Shown: positions 22,414 to 31,809 of the stretch, piece after piece | How positions within the stretch are numbered: the first letter of the stretch is position 1 | Layout: the number at the start of each line of letters is the position of its first letter | Assembly (NCBI GenBank): GCA_965213675.1 | Contig: OZ243916.1 | Span: 2,208,001 to 2,272,000, forward strand | Origin: an uncultured Candidatus Binatia bacterium | GTDB taxonomy: Bacteria > Desulfobacterota > Binatia > UBA9968 > JAJDTQ01 | Length of the DNA: 64,000 nucleotides | Direction of reading: 5' to 3' | Made by a program: the position numbers and the translations under genes | Notes under the pieces: model-generated | What the model was told of the DNA's origin: nothing | Databases searched by the model: none | What the model saw: only the letters and a program-made list of their open reading frames with translations

Positions 22414-23291
22414 GAACCCTGCGCCTCCCCGGCGTGACCCCGGGTTTCCCCGGCGTGCCGCTTGATGAAATCGATGGCCAACGCATTGAATTCCGCGGGG
22501 TGCTCCGCGTGGGAACAGTGCCGCGACCTGTCGAATACCTTCACCTCGGAGCCGGGTATCTCGGCCTGGAGGTCGGTGGCATAGGTCGGGTACCGCAACG
22601 GGTCCTGGGCGCCCGCCACAATCAGCACCGGGCAGCGGATCCGGCCGTAGTCGGGCCGCACCGGACGGAAGCCCCGGGGCTGTCCGGACGGCGCCAGCCG
22701 CGCGGCCGCGCAGGCCTCCCAAACCCCAGGCTCCAGACTGGCCTTCCAACGCTCGTCCACCACGTCGTCCGCCCACCAGCGCTCGTCGTAGAAACACACG
22801 CGCAGGATGTCGCGCATCTGCTCCCGCTCGCCGGTGTAACCCGTGAGCACCTTGCGTTCGTCGTTGTCCGGCGCCTTGCCGCCGCCGCTCACGGCGATGA
22901 CCGAGGCCACGTTGAAACGCGGGTCCGTGGCCATCTGCAAGCAAAAGCCGCCGCCGAAGGAATTGCCGATGAGATGCACCGGCCCGAGGCACAGGGTCCG
23001 GAGGAAGCTGTCCACGTGCCTGAGGCGAAACCCCACCGGATCGCTGAAGCTGTAGACCCGGTCCGTGCGGCCGAACCCGGCGAGATCGGGGGCGTAGACA
23101 TGAAAGTGCTCACCGAGTTGGGCGATATTGTCGCGCCAACTGAACTCCGCCCGCCCGCCGAACTCGCCGCTGTGGATCAGCACCACCGTGGGGCCGTCGC
23201 CCACGCCGGCTTCGAGATAATGCGTGCGGATTTGGCCTGTCTGAACGTAGTGTCGGCTCACACTTGGCGGAAGGTCGGGTACGGTACTCAC
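22410..23291 (-). CDS. Alpha/beta hydrolase (C-C hydrolase MhpC/BphD-like)
   Basis: APDLAGFG, IGNSFGG, GAQDPL, RHCSHAEHP; start uncertain (23291-23327). Confidence 0.82.
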   Translation of the reverse strand: MSTVPDLPPSVSRHYVQTGQIRTHYLEAGVGDGPTVVLIHSGEFGGRAEFSWRDNIAQLGEHFHVYAPDLAGFGRTDRVYSFSDPVGFRLRHVDSFLRTLCLGPVHLIGNSFGGGFCLQMATDPRFNVASVIAVSGGGKAPDNDERKVLTGYTGEREQMRDILRVCFYDERWWADDVVDERWKASLEPGVWEACAAARLAPSGQPRGFRPVRPDYGRIRCPVLIVAGAQDPLRYPTYATDLQAEIPGSEVKVFDRSRHCSHAEHPAEFNALAIDFIKRHAGETRGHAGEAQGS

Positions 23292-23433
23292 GGCCCCCTG
23301 CGTAACCGAAAGACCCATACGTGTCAACTTGACAACGGCGGCACAGACTCGCGGCTGGCCGCAGTATGTGATAGTTCGTTTCTCAGTTCGGATGGCATCC
23401 GGACCACAAAGCTTGGACGCAGGGGGGGTTCAC

Positions 23434-24237
23434 ATGCACTGGGGTATGGAAAACAGAATGGCGCGCATCATCCAGCCGAATGATGGACGTTGCGTGATGT
23501 TGGCCGTGGACCACGGCTACTTTTTGGGACCGACCAGCGGACTGGAGCAACCACGCGAGACCATCGAACCGTTGCTGCCCCACGCCGACGCCATCATGCT
23601 CACCCGGGGCGTACTGCGCACCGCGGTGGACGCCAACATGCAGGCGCCGGTGGTGCTGCGCGTGTCCGGGGGCACCAGCATCCTGAAGGAATTGTCCAAC
23701 GAGGACATCACCGTATCCATCGAAGACGCCATCCGGCTCAACGTTTCCGCTCTGGCGCTGTCAATCTTCGTGGGCTCGGAATTCGAGAAGGAAACGCTCG
23801 TGAGCCTGGCCAAGCTGGTGGACGAGGGCGAGCGGTACGGCATTCCCGTGCTCGCCGTCACCGCGGTGGGCAAGGACATGGCTCGGGACGAGCGTTATCT
23901 GAGCCTTTCCTGCCGCATTGCCGCCGAGCTGGGCGCCCACATCGTCAAGACCTACTACTGCGAGGGCTTCGAAAACCTGGTCGCCAGTTGCCCGATTCCG
24001 GTGATCGTGGCGGGCGGCAAGAAGACCCCGGAGATGGAGGCCCTGGAGCTGGCCCGGAACGCGGTGGACCACGGCGCGGTGGGCGTTGACATGGGCCGCA
24101 ACATCTTCCAGTCCGACAGTCCGGCGGGAATGATCCAGGCCGTGCGCGCCATCGTTCACGGCGGCGCCTCGGTGGCGGACGCCTACGGGATCTACGAAGC
24201 GTCGCGGCCGTCGCCCGCGGAACGCGCCGCCGGCTAG
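23434..24237 (+). CDS. lsrF: Class I aldolase-fold LsrF-like thiolase/aldolase
   Basis: MHWGMENR, AVDHGYFLGPTSGL, AELGAHIVKTYY, AGGKK, DMGRNIFQ. Confidence 0.8.
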   Translation: MHWGMENRMARIIQPNDGRCVMLAVDHGYFLGPTSGLEQPRETIEPLLPHADAIMLTRGVLRTAVDANMQAPVVLRVSGGTSILKELSNEDITVSIEDAIRLNVSALALSIFVGSEFEKETLVSLAKLVDEGERYGIPVLAVTAVGKDMARDERYLSLSCRIAAELGAHIVKTYYCEGFENLVASCPIPVIVAGGKKTPEMEALELARNAVDHGAVGVDMGRNIFQSDSPAGMIQAVRAIVHGGASVADAYGIYEASRPSPAERAAG

Positions 24238-24398
24238 TGTGGTGTCTGGTTAATTCGCGTCATAATCTGCGGAGGATTTTTTGTCGTCGGCAAGGCGCGA
24301 TGACGAGCAGTGGCGGGTACCACGCGAGGAAGAGCAACGCAGCCGACGGCGAATAAGACCCGCAGATTATGTCGCGTATTAACCAGACGCCACACTAG
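24234..24398. mobile_element. MITE with 39-bp terminal inverted repeats, CTAG at both ends
   Basis: 24234-24272 matches the reverse complement of 24360-24398 at 36/39 positions; no coding capacity. Confidence 0.8.
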
Positions 24399-24478
24399 GA
24401 GCTTGCCCTCGCGGGAAGGAGGCTCTGCAACGGGGTTACCTCGGAAGGTCCCCCACGGCCTGGTGTCGGAAGCGAAAC

Positions 24479-25507
24479 ATGCGCGTCGCCATGTATTACA
24501 GCAACGATGACGTCCGGCTGGAGGAACTGCCCGTTCCCAGGGCCGGCGCGGGCGAGTTGCTCATGCGTGTGGAGGCCAGCGGCATCTGCGGCACCGACGT
24601 GCTGGAATGGTACCGGCGCGCCCAGGCGCCCAAGGTGCTGGGCCACGAGGTCACCGGCGAGGTGGCCGAGGTGGGCGCCGGCGTCACCGGGTTCGCGCCC
24701 GGGGACCGCATCGTCACCACCCATCACGTGCCCTGCGACGACTGCCACCACTGCCGCTCCGGGCACGCCTCGGTGTGCCAGCTCATGCGCGAGACCCACT
24801 TCGACCCCGGCGGCTTCGCCGAATACCTGCGGCTGCCCAAGGTCAACGTGGATTCCGGAACGTTCCTGCTTCCCGATTCGCTTTCCTTCGAACAGGGTTC
24901 CTTCGTCGAACCGCTGGGCTGCGTGGTGCGGGCGCAACAGCACGCCCGCGCGCCCGCGCAGGAAAACGTGCTGGTCATCGGCGCCGGCGTCGCCGGCCTG
25001 CTGCACATCCAGCTTGCCCGGAGCCGCGGCGTCAGAACCCTGGTGGCCACCGACATCAACGACGAACGCCTGCGTCTGGCCCGATCCCTGGGCGCGGACC
25101 CCACGTTCCACGCCACCGACGACGTGCCCGCGCGCGTGCGCCAAGCCTGCGGCGGACGCCTTGCCGACCTCGTGATCGTATGCACCGGCGCCGCTCCGGC
25201 CATCCGGCAGGCATTCCAGAGCGTCGAACGCGGCGGCAAGCTGCTCTTCTTCGCCTCCACCGCCGCCGGCCACGACGTGCCCATGCCGCTCTACGAAATG
25301 TGGCGCAACGAGGTGAGCCTCGTCACATCCTACGGCGCCAGCCCCGAAGACTTGAGAGCCGCCGTGGACCTGCTGGCGTCCGGCAAGGTGCAGGTGGACC
25401 CACTCATCACCCACCGCCTTTCCCTCGCCGAAACCGGAACCGGTTTCCAACTCGTGGCCAACGCCAAGAATTCACTGAAAGTCATCATCGAGCCGCAGAA
25501 GCGCTGA
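24479..25507 (+). CDS. Zn-dependent MDR dehydrogenase (polyol/sugar dehydrogenase-like)
   Basis: GICGTD, GHEVTG, CDDCHHC...C, EPLGC, GAGVAG. Confidence 0.88.
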   Translation: MRVAMYYSNDDVRLEELPVPRAGAGELLMRVEASGICGTDVLEWYRRAQAPKVLGHEVTGEVAEVGAGVTGFAPGDRIVTTHHVPCDDCHHCRSGHASVCQLMRETHFDPGGFAEYLRLPKVNVDSGTFLLPDSLSFEQGSFVEPLGCVVRAQQHARAPAQENVLVIGAGVAGLLHIQLARSRGVRTLVATDINDERLRLARSLGADPTFHATDDVPARVRQACGGRLADLVIVCTGAAPAIRQAFQSVERGGKLLFFASTAAGHDVPMPLYEMWRNEVSLVTSYGASPEDLRAAVDLLASGKVQVDPLITHRLSLAETGTGFQLVANAKNSLKVIIEPQKR

Positions 25508-25755
25508 ACCGCCGAGGGCGCGAAGGGTCGAGTTTCTCGAAGCGGTCGGCGCACGTTTCTTGCACGTTCCAGGAAGGAAACAAGCCGGCAGGGCCGCAAA
25601 GAGGTCGCGACTCAGTTACGGGAAATTGAGGAACTCACGCGCGGGAACGCGTTCCGGGATCGCCAGCATCGCTTCGAGCTCGCGATCCGGGCAGGTGAAG
25701 GTCAGCCGCAGGGACCGTGGAGAACCAGTCCTTGGCCGGCGGATTATTCGAGGGA

Positions 25756-25962
25756 TTATTCGAGCTCGGTCGTTTCAACCGGCGTTTCCCGCACCCTGCC
25801 GGCGGCGATCTCGCGCAGGGCCACGACAATCTCGCGGTTGTCGGACTCCACCAGAGGCTTGGCGCCCTTGAGGAGCTGCTTGGTGCGCTGGGAACCGAGC
25901 ATGACGAGCTTGAAGCGGTTGGTCACTTCGTCGAGGCAGTCTTCCACGGTAATTCTTGCCAC
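25756..25962 (-). CDS. rpoZ: RNA polymerase omega subunit
   Basis: [10 protein letters not shown]...NRFKLV...ALREIAAG. Confidence 0.95.
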   Translation of the reverse strand: MARITVEDCLDEVTNRFKLVMLGSQRTKQLLKGAKPLVESDNREIVVALREIAAGRVRETPVETTELE

Positions 25963-26023
25963 GGGACATTCTCCTGAGGTGTGAACGCCGGCGGGCGACG
26001 GAGCCGGCGGGTCCGCGGGCGAC

Positions 26024-27064
26024 CTACGCCACGGTCGGCTGCTCCAGAACTTCTTCCCCTCCCGACGTTTCGATCTCGAATCCCAGGTCTTCGATCATTC
26101 GGTGGGCGTCGGAGGCTTCCTGACCGGATGTGGTCAGGTAGCCGTTGACGAAAATCGAGTTGGCTGGGTACAGGCTCAGCGGCTGCAACGAGCGCAGGTT
26201 GACTTCCCGGCCGCCGGCCACGCGAATCTCCTTGTCCGGGTTGACGAAGCGGAACAGGCACAGGACCTTGAGGCAATACTGCGGGGTCAGGTTGGAGCGC
26301 TCCGCCATGGGCGTCCCCGGAATGGCGTGCAGGAAGTTGACCGGGATGGAATCCACGTCGAGTTGCCGCAACGACACGGCCAGATCGATGACGTCGTCAT
26401 CCTGTTCGCCAAGGCCGACGATGCCGCCGCAGCAGGTGGACAGCCCCGCGGCCTTGACGCTCTCCAGGGTGGCCACGCGATCCTCGTAGGTGTGCGTGGA
26501 CACCACTTCGGGATGATACCGGCTGCTGGTGTTGAGGTTGTGGTTGATCCGCTCGACCCCTGCGTCCTTGAGGATGCGCGCCTTGGATTCCGTCAGCAGC
26601 CCCATGCACGCGCAGATATTGATGGGGACACGGCGCTTGATCTCGGACACGGCGTCGGCCATCCGTTGGGTTTCCTTGAGCGTGGGGCCGCGGCCGCTGT
26701 TGACCATGCAGAAGCGCATGGCCCCCGCCTCCTTGGCCCGAACCGCCGCTTCCACGAGTTCTTCCTTGGCGAGGAACGGATACTTGTCGATTTCGGCCTC
26801 GGAAACCGACGACTGCGAGCAGTAGCCGCAATCCTCGGGGCACAGGCCGCTCTTGGCGTTCATCAGCACGTGGATCTGCACCCGCTTGCCGAAATAGTGA
26901 TGGCGAACGCGGAACGCGGCATCGAGCAACTCCGGCAGCCTTTCGTCCGGGCCGTGAATGACCGACTTCATTTCAGACGGGGACAGAAGCTCCCCGGCGA
27001 GCGCCTTTTCCGCAAGCTCCGCGTAGCTGGATTCCACGTTGTTCATGGAGATTTCGTCTAACAT
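26024..27064 (-). CDS. bioB: Biotin synthase
   Basis: [48 protein letters not shown]. Confidence 0.95.
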   Translation of the reverse strand: MLDEISMNNVESSYAELAEKALAGELLSPSEMKSVIHGPDERLPELLDAAFRVRHHYFGKRVQIHVLMNAKSGLCPEDCGYCSQSSVSEAEIDKYPFLAKEELVEAAVRAKEAGAMRFCMVNSGRGPTLKETQRMADAVSEIKRRVPINICACMGLLTESKARILKDAGVERINHNLNTSSRYHPEVVSTHTYEDRVATLESVKAAGLSTCCGGIVGLGEQDDDVIDLAVSLRQLDVDSIPVNFLHAIPGTPMAERSNLTPQYCLKVLCLFRFVNPDKEIRVAGGREVNLRSLQPLSLYPANSIFVNGYLTTSGQEASDAHRMIEDLGFEIETSGGEEVLEQPTVA

Positions 27065-27236
27065 GGGGGTGGCGATTCCGCAAGCAAACCGCGATCATGG
27101 CGCCGGGGTTGCGCGGCGGTGGCGCCATGGGGCACGCGTCGCGGCGGCGGCCATGCGGCGGACGCGGCCTGCCGGCCTTCGGCGGGCGCTTCACCGGCAG
27201 CCCATATTGGCGAAACCGCCGCCGTGGCCTTGTCCG

Positions 27237-27725
27237 CTACCCGATGAAGAGCTGGAAGATCGCGCCCCGCTGGTTCGTCACGGTCTTGGGCATCAGCAGC
27301 TTCGGTTCGTCCGCCAGCGCGCTCTGCGCCACTTCCCAGTTGGTCTGCGGCAGGGGGTCGAGGGCGCGGATCTCGTCCAGCGACAGGTACACGGCCTGAT
27401 CGACTTCCCGCCCGTCCGGCGTGGGCGCCTCGGTGAGGCCCCGGAGCCGCAGCACGACGTAAAGGCTGTTGCCGGACTCGGCGTCGTAGCGGCTGCGAAC
27501 GCCCAGTACCCCCTCCACCTCCGCCTCGACGCCGGCTTCCTCGGCCACCTCGCGCACCACCGCATCCTCAATGGTCTCGTCGGGCTCCACGAAACCGCCG
27601 GGCACTTGCCAGTTGCCGCGCCCCCGGCGCGACGCGCGCCGGACGAAGAGAAGGCGTCCGTCCCGAACCACCGCTCCGCCCACACCGATGTTGTAGCCCG
27701 TGTTGTAGCGTTCCGGTATCGCCAT
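27237..27725 (-). CDS. NUDIX hydrolase
   Basis: Nudix box GGFVEPDETIEDAVVREVAEEAGV. Confidence 0.9.
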   Translation of the reverse strand: MAIPERYNTGYNIGVGGAVVRDGRLLFVRRASRRGRGNWQVPGGFVEPDETIEDAVVREVAEEAGVEAEVEGVLGVRSRYDAESGNSLYVVLRLRGLTEAPTPDGREVDQAVYLSLDEIRALDPLPQTNWEVAQSALADEPKLLMPKTVTNQRGAIFQLFIG

Positions 27726-27786
27726 GCGTCCTTCCGTCGTTTCCAGGGAAACCCCGCTCCATTGAAAGCCTGCTCCGAAACCCTGC

Positions 27787-28146
27787 TCAAGGGTTCCGAT
27801 GACTGGCTCCGATCAATCGCCGGAGCGCCTCCACGAGCCGGCGATTCCGACCGAAATCCCAAATCCCGATGCGCGACGCCGAACGGACGTGGATGCGGTG
27901 GGCGGCGACACAGAGTTGGCATTCGAGGTCGTCCACGAAGCCCAACCAGGTGCGGCAGACGGCGTGGACATATGCGTCGGTCTCGGCGACAATGGTGGTC
28001 CGGGGAAAGGCCGCGAGCACGGCCTTCAACCGCACAAAGACCGCCTCCGGGTCTTCCGGAGCAGCCAATGGCTCGATACGATGGAGCGTCGAGGCGTCGT
28101 CTCGACTGCAAACGCACCGCGGCAGCCAGGAACAAGGCCGGAGCAT
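27787..28146 (-). CDS. DUF1499-family protein
   Basis: PC..P.CVCS, GFVDDLE, IHVRSASRIG..DFG.NR pattern. Confidence 0.75.
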   Translation of the reverse strand: MLRPCSWLPRCVCSRDDASTLHRIEPLAAPEDPEAVFVRLKAVLAAFPRTTIVAETDAYVHAVCRTWLGFVDDLECQLCVAAHRIHVRSASRIGIWDFGRNRRLVEALRRLIGASHRNP

Positions 28147-28250
28147 TGAAAGGGATCCTCGGGGTCAACTGGATGCGTCGTGTCCCGCCCATTCCTGCCA
28201 GCCGGGGTTCGTGAATGCAACCGGGACCAAAACTCACGGGAGGAACACGC

Positions 28251-28997
28251 ATGGCCGATGCCTTGGGATGGCGCCGCAAGTTCGCCGTCATCGCTCCTTC
28301 AACCAATACGTCCGTGCAGCCCGAGTTCGACGACATGCGGCCGGAGGGCGTGACCAACCACTTCGCGCGCATCTGGATACCCGACGATCCCATTCACGAC
28401 GACGCGGATTTCGAGCAGCTCATGCGCAACATCCGCGCCGAGGTGGACAACGCCATCGACCGGGCCATGACCTGCCGGCCGGACTACCTGGTCATGGGCA
28501 TGTCCTCGGAAACGTTCTGGGACGGCGCCGAGGGCAGCCGGCGCCTGCTGGCGAACGTCGAGGAACGGGCCGGGGTCCGTGTGGCCATGGGATCCTACGC
28601 CTGCGAGGCAGCCCTGGAGGCGTACGGCGGCATCCGGCGGCTCGGGGTGATCACGCCGTACATGCCCGTGGGCGACGCCCAGGTGGTGCGCTTCTTCACC
28701 GACTGCGGCTACGAGGTGGCGCGGCTCAAGGGGCTCAAGTGCGAGAGTCCGGTCCTGATCGCCCACGTGCAGGCGGACACGCTGGAGGCCGCCATCACCG
28801 AGGTGGACGGCGACGGCGTGGACGCGGTGGTGCAGGTGGGCACCAACCTGGCCATGGCCCGTGTCGCGGCGGCGGCGGAACAACGTCTCGGCAAGCCGGT
28901 CATCGCCATCAACACGGCCATCTACTGGTACGCGCTGCGCCAGAATGGGTTGTCGGACAAGGTCGAGGGGTTCGGCAACCTGCTGGCGCGGTTTTGA
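28251..28997 (+). CDS. Maleate isomerase/arylmalonate decarboxylase (Asp/Glu racemase fold) family protein
   Basis: IAPSTNTSVQPEF, GVITPY, GTNL, LGKPVIAIN; SD GGGAGG. Confidence 0.8.
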   Translation: MADALGWRRKFAVIAPSTNTSVQPEFDDMRPEGVTNHFARIWIPDDPIHDDADFEQLMRNIRAEVDNAIDRAMTCRPDYLVMGMSSETFWDGAEGSRRLLANVEERAGVRVAMGSYACEAALEAYGGIRRLGVITPYMPVGDAQVVRFFTDCGYEVARLKGLKCESPVLIAHVQADTLEAAITEVDGDGVDAVVQVGTNLAMARVAAAAEQRLGKPVIAINTAIYWYALRQNGLSDKVEGFGNLLARF

Positions 28998-29076
28998 GCA
29001 TTCTCTGATCGGCGGCGGTCACGCCTGGGAGCTTGCGCCGCAGCCACGGACGGCCCGACTGAGAAAGGAACCACAC

Positions 29077-29871
29077 GTGGACTTGACGGTTTATCGCGTT
29101 CCCTCGTGGACCACCGCGCAGCCGGGACTGAGGCACGGCTTCGTGGGCCGGAACGGCGGCAACAGCGCGGGCGCGTACGCGAGCCTCAACGTGTCGTTCA
29201 ACGTGGGCGACGACCCGCGGGCGGTCAAGGACAACTATTGCGCCATGAAGGGCGCCGTGGGCATGACCGGAACACGGATGGTCACCATGCGGCAACGGCA
29301 CGGCGACACCATCCTGGACGTGGCCGAACCGTGCAAGGAGGCCGGCGAGGGCGACGCCATGGTGACGGATGCGCCGGGAGTGTTTCTCGGGGTCCTCACC
29401 GCCGACTGCGTACCCATCGTGTGCTGGGCGCGCACCTCGGACCGCAAGCTGGCGGCGGTGGTCCATGCGGGTTGGCGCGGAGCCCTGGCGGGCGTGGCCA
29501 TGAAGACGGTGCGGCACATCGAGCACCGCTACGGCGTGCCGCCCCAGAGTCTTCACTGCGCCCTGGGGCCGGCCATCGGACCATGCTGCTACGAGATCGG
29601 CGCGGACGTCGCCGTCCCGCTGGTGCGGGAGTGGGGCCAAATGGCGGAGGCCGCGCTTCAATCCAGGGACGGCGGCACGTATCTCCACCTGAGACGGCTG
29701 AACGCGGCCCTGCTGGCGGCGGCCGGAGTCCCCGGCGAACGCATCGTTTCCACCGGCCCCTGCACCGCGTGCAGCCCGGCGGAGTTCTTCTCCCATCGCC
29801 GTGAATCGAAGAGAGGCGCCAGCGCCACTGGACGGCAGACCGGTTTCATCGGTTGGCCGGATATGCCTTGA
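29077..29871 (+). CDS. pgeF: YfiH/PgeF family (peptidoglycan editing factor/purine nucleoside phosphorylase)
   Basis: HGF, QRHG, TADCVP, HAGWRG, GPAIGPCCYE, FFSHRR. Confidence 0.9.
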   Translation: MDLTVYRVPSWTTAQPGLRHGFVGRNGGNSAGAYASLNVSFNVGDDPRAVKDNYCAMKGAVGMTGTRMVTMRQRHGDTILDVAEPCKEAGEGDAMVTDAPGVFLGVLTADCVPIVCWARTSDRKLAAVVHAGWRGALAGVAMKTVRHIEHRYGVPPQSLHCALGPAIGPCCYEIGADVAVPLVREWGQMAEAALQSRDGGTYLHLRRLNAALLAAAGVPGERIVSTGPCTACSPAEFFSHRRESKRGASATGRQTGFIGWPDMP

Positions 29872-29893
29872 GTCGGATGCGGAGGGAGGGGGA

Positions 29894-29933
29894 GAAACAG
29901 AAAGCCCTGGCTGACGCATGGCCAGCCAGGGCT
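29894..29933 (-). terminator. Intrinsic terminator of the small minus-strand transcript
   Basis: 11-bp perfect stem AGCCCTGGCTG/CAGCCAGGGCT (29903-29933), followed on the minus strand by TTCTGTTTC. Confidence 0.75.
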
Positions 29934-29986
29934 CGGCGTACTGTCGGAATTGACCAAGACCCTCAATTCCGAATTGGCTCGAGAGC

Positions 29987-30025
29987 CTAGGTCTCAGTCA
30001 CCTCGCAGCTACATATGTCATTCAT
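29987..30025 (-). CDS. 12-aa small ORF MNDICSCEVTET
   Basis: ATG AAT GAC ATA TGT AGC TGC GAG GTG ACT GAG ACC TAG, preceded by AGAAAGGAGGTGGTC, with its own promoter and terminator. Confidence 0.6.
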   Translation of the reverse strand: MNDICSCEVTET

Positions 30026-30056
30026 ATTTTGACCACCTCCTTTCTCTGCTGGACCC

Positions 30057-30085
30057 ATCCTAGGGCAGCGAAGCCCATTTGTCAA
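30057..30085 (-). promoter_or_regulatory. Sigma70 promoter TTGACA-N17-TAGGAT
   Basis: Consensus -35 at 30085-30080, 17-nt spacer, -10 at 30062-30057. Confidence 0.7.
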
Positions 30086-30205
30086 ACTTTTGGAGTCTTC
30101 TCCAACGAGACATGGGCCTGAAGGAGAGTCCGGCTTCCTCCTGGTGATTCCCGCCCGCGTTCGTCGTTGAGACGAAAATACGACAGTGGTTGAAAGGGGC
30201 GACTT

Positions 30206-30805
30206 TCAACGGACCACCGCGAGCTTCTTCACGGCGAACGCGGCGGCATTGCGCACCCGTGGATCGGCATCGTCAGTGGCGGCATGGGTGAGCGCGCCCA
30301 TCATTTCCGCGCTCACGTCCCGCGACTTGGAAAGGCTGGTGACCACCGCCACGCGGACAAGCGGCTCGGGATCGCGCATGGCTTCCAGAAAGGCGGGCGC
30401 GCCACCGATGCCGGCCGCGTCCGTGACCGGACCCTCATGGATGTCCCGCAGGCAGTACACCGCCATGCGCCGCTGGGTAGCCGAGCCGCCGCGCAGCAGC
30501 GCTTCCAGACGCGCCGCCACATCCGGGTACTGTTTGCCGAGGCCGGTGAGCAGCAGTTGCGTGGCCCAGCGCACGTCCTGGTCTTCGCTCCCGAGACCAT
30601 GCGCAAGCACTTCGACGCAGAGCGTGGAGGGACGCGCGATCTGCCCAAGGGCGTAGGCCACCGGCCAACGCGGAGCGGCGCGCAACCGCCCTTCGAGGGC
30701 CTCGGCGACCCGCGGCTCCCCGGCCGCCAGGGCCACGAGGCTTTCCACCGAGCGCCGCACGACTCCCTTGTCCGTTTCCTCCAGCGCCGCGATCAGCGGC
30801 CCCAT
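30206..30805 (-). CDS. HEAT-repeat protein
   Basis: Repeated helical units (DQDVRWA, DPEPLVRVAV, DADPRVRNAAA). Confidence 0.7.
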   Translation of the reverse strand: MGPLIAALEETDKGVVRRSVESLVALAAGEPRVAEALEGRLRAAPRWPVAYALGQIARPSTLCVEVLAHGLGSEDQDVRWATQLLLTGLGKQYPDVAARLEALLRGGSATQRRMAVYCLRDIHEGPVTDAAGIGGAPAFLEAMRDPEPLVRVAVVTSLSKSRDVSAEMMGALTHAATDDADPRVRNAAAFAVKKLAVVR

Positions 30806-30913
30806 GCGCGCATCCAGCGTCCTACCCCCTATGCCGCTCACCAGGCACGGTGTCGCACGGCAACACGCCCGTTGGACCCTCACTCCAGAGAGGGGCCGGC
30901 GGCGCGCCGCGCT

Positions 30914-31738
30914 TCAACGCGCCTGAAACGAACCGATCACCCCGCGCAGGCGGCCCGGGAAATCCGTGATGATGCCGTCCACGCCGAGGGCCAGGAGTTC
31001 GGCCATCTCGCCAGGGTCGTTGATGGTCCACACGTGCACCTCGACGCCGAGGGCGTGGGCGGCGGCCAGGGACGCGGGCGTGACGAGATCGAGGCCTTCG
31101 TGCCGGCGCGGGATCTGGAGCGCCCGGCCCGGGATCTCCGGCGGCGCCTGTCCCGACCACAGCGCGGTCATGAGAGCACGGATCTCACCGCCGGAGAAAC
31201 CCGTGGCCACGGACAGGCCGCGCTCGCGGATGACCGCGCGGGCGGAACCCATGGCGGCGTCGCCCTCCGCGGCCACCAGCACCTGCGGCGCCTTGTCGAA
31301 CTCCTCGATGAGATCAAACAACACGCCCATGGCCGGCCCCGGCAGTTCCTTGATCTCCACCGTGGCCGCGGCGTGGGGAAATTCCACGAAGAACTCCCGC
31401 AGGGTGGGTATGCGAACGTCCTGTCCGCGGAACGGATGCGTCGAGCCGCCATCGGCGGTGAATCGGTACCCGGCGTCGAGCCGCTGCAGCGCTCCCAGAC
31501 CCATTTCCCGCACCGCGCCGGCGCCGTCGGTGGTGCGCTCCACCGTCGCGTCGTGAATGATGACGATCTCGCCGTCGCGGGTGGCGTGGATGTCCATCTC
31601 GAGGCAGGTCGCCCCTTCCTCCAGCGCACGGCGGAAGGACACCAGGGTATTTTCCGGCGCGGTTCCGGCGGCGCCGCGATGGCCGGCGATGCGCGGCGGA
31701 GCGCCGGCGAAGAACGCGTGTGGCGTGGGCTGGGTCAT
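30914..31738 (-). CDS. Glycerophosphodiester phosphodiesterase
   Basis: GHRGAAG.APENTL, LEMDI, HDATVERTT, IPTL, EIK, WTIND, GIITDFP. Confidence 0.92.
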   Translation of the reverse strand: MTQPTPHAFFAGAPPRIAGHRGAAGTAPENTLVSFRRALEEGATCLEMDIHATRDGEIVIIHDATVERTTDGAGAVREMGLGALQRLDAGYRFTADGGSTHPFRGQDVRIPTLREFFVEFPHAAATVEIKELPGPAMGVLFDLIEEFDKAPQVLVAAEGDAAMGSARAVIRERGLSVATGFSGGEIRALMTALWSGQAPPEIPGRALQIPRRHEGLDLVTPASLAAAHALGVEVHVWTINDPGEMAELLALGVDGIITDFPGRLRGVIGSFQAR

Positions 31739-31780
31739 GGTTCGGGTGTCTTTCGGAACCGGCGGAGCGTGCCGCGTTCC

Positions 31781-31809
31781 TTGTGTTTTCGCCTTGTGGA
31801 ATCTATGAT
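31781..31809 (+). promoter_or_regulatory. Putative sigma70 promoter of the carboxylase operon
   Basis: TTGTGT-N17-TATGAT about 190 nt upstream of ATG 31996. Confidence 0.45.

Noticed and set aside
25741-25764. 12-bp tandem duplication GGATTATTCGAG at the rpoZ stop
   Set aside because: Two copies only; likely replication slippage, not an array.
30031-30045. Possible 16S rRNA 3' fragment
   Set aside because: Only 15 nt match and there is no flanking rRNA sequence; better explained as an extended SD on the minus strand.
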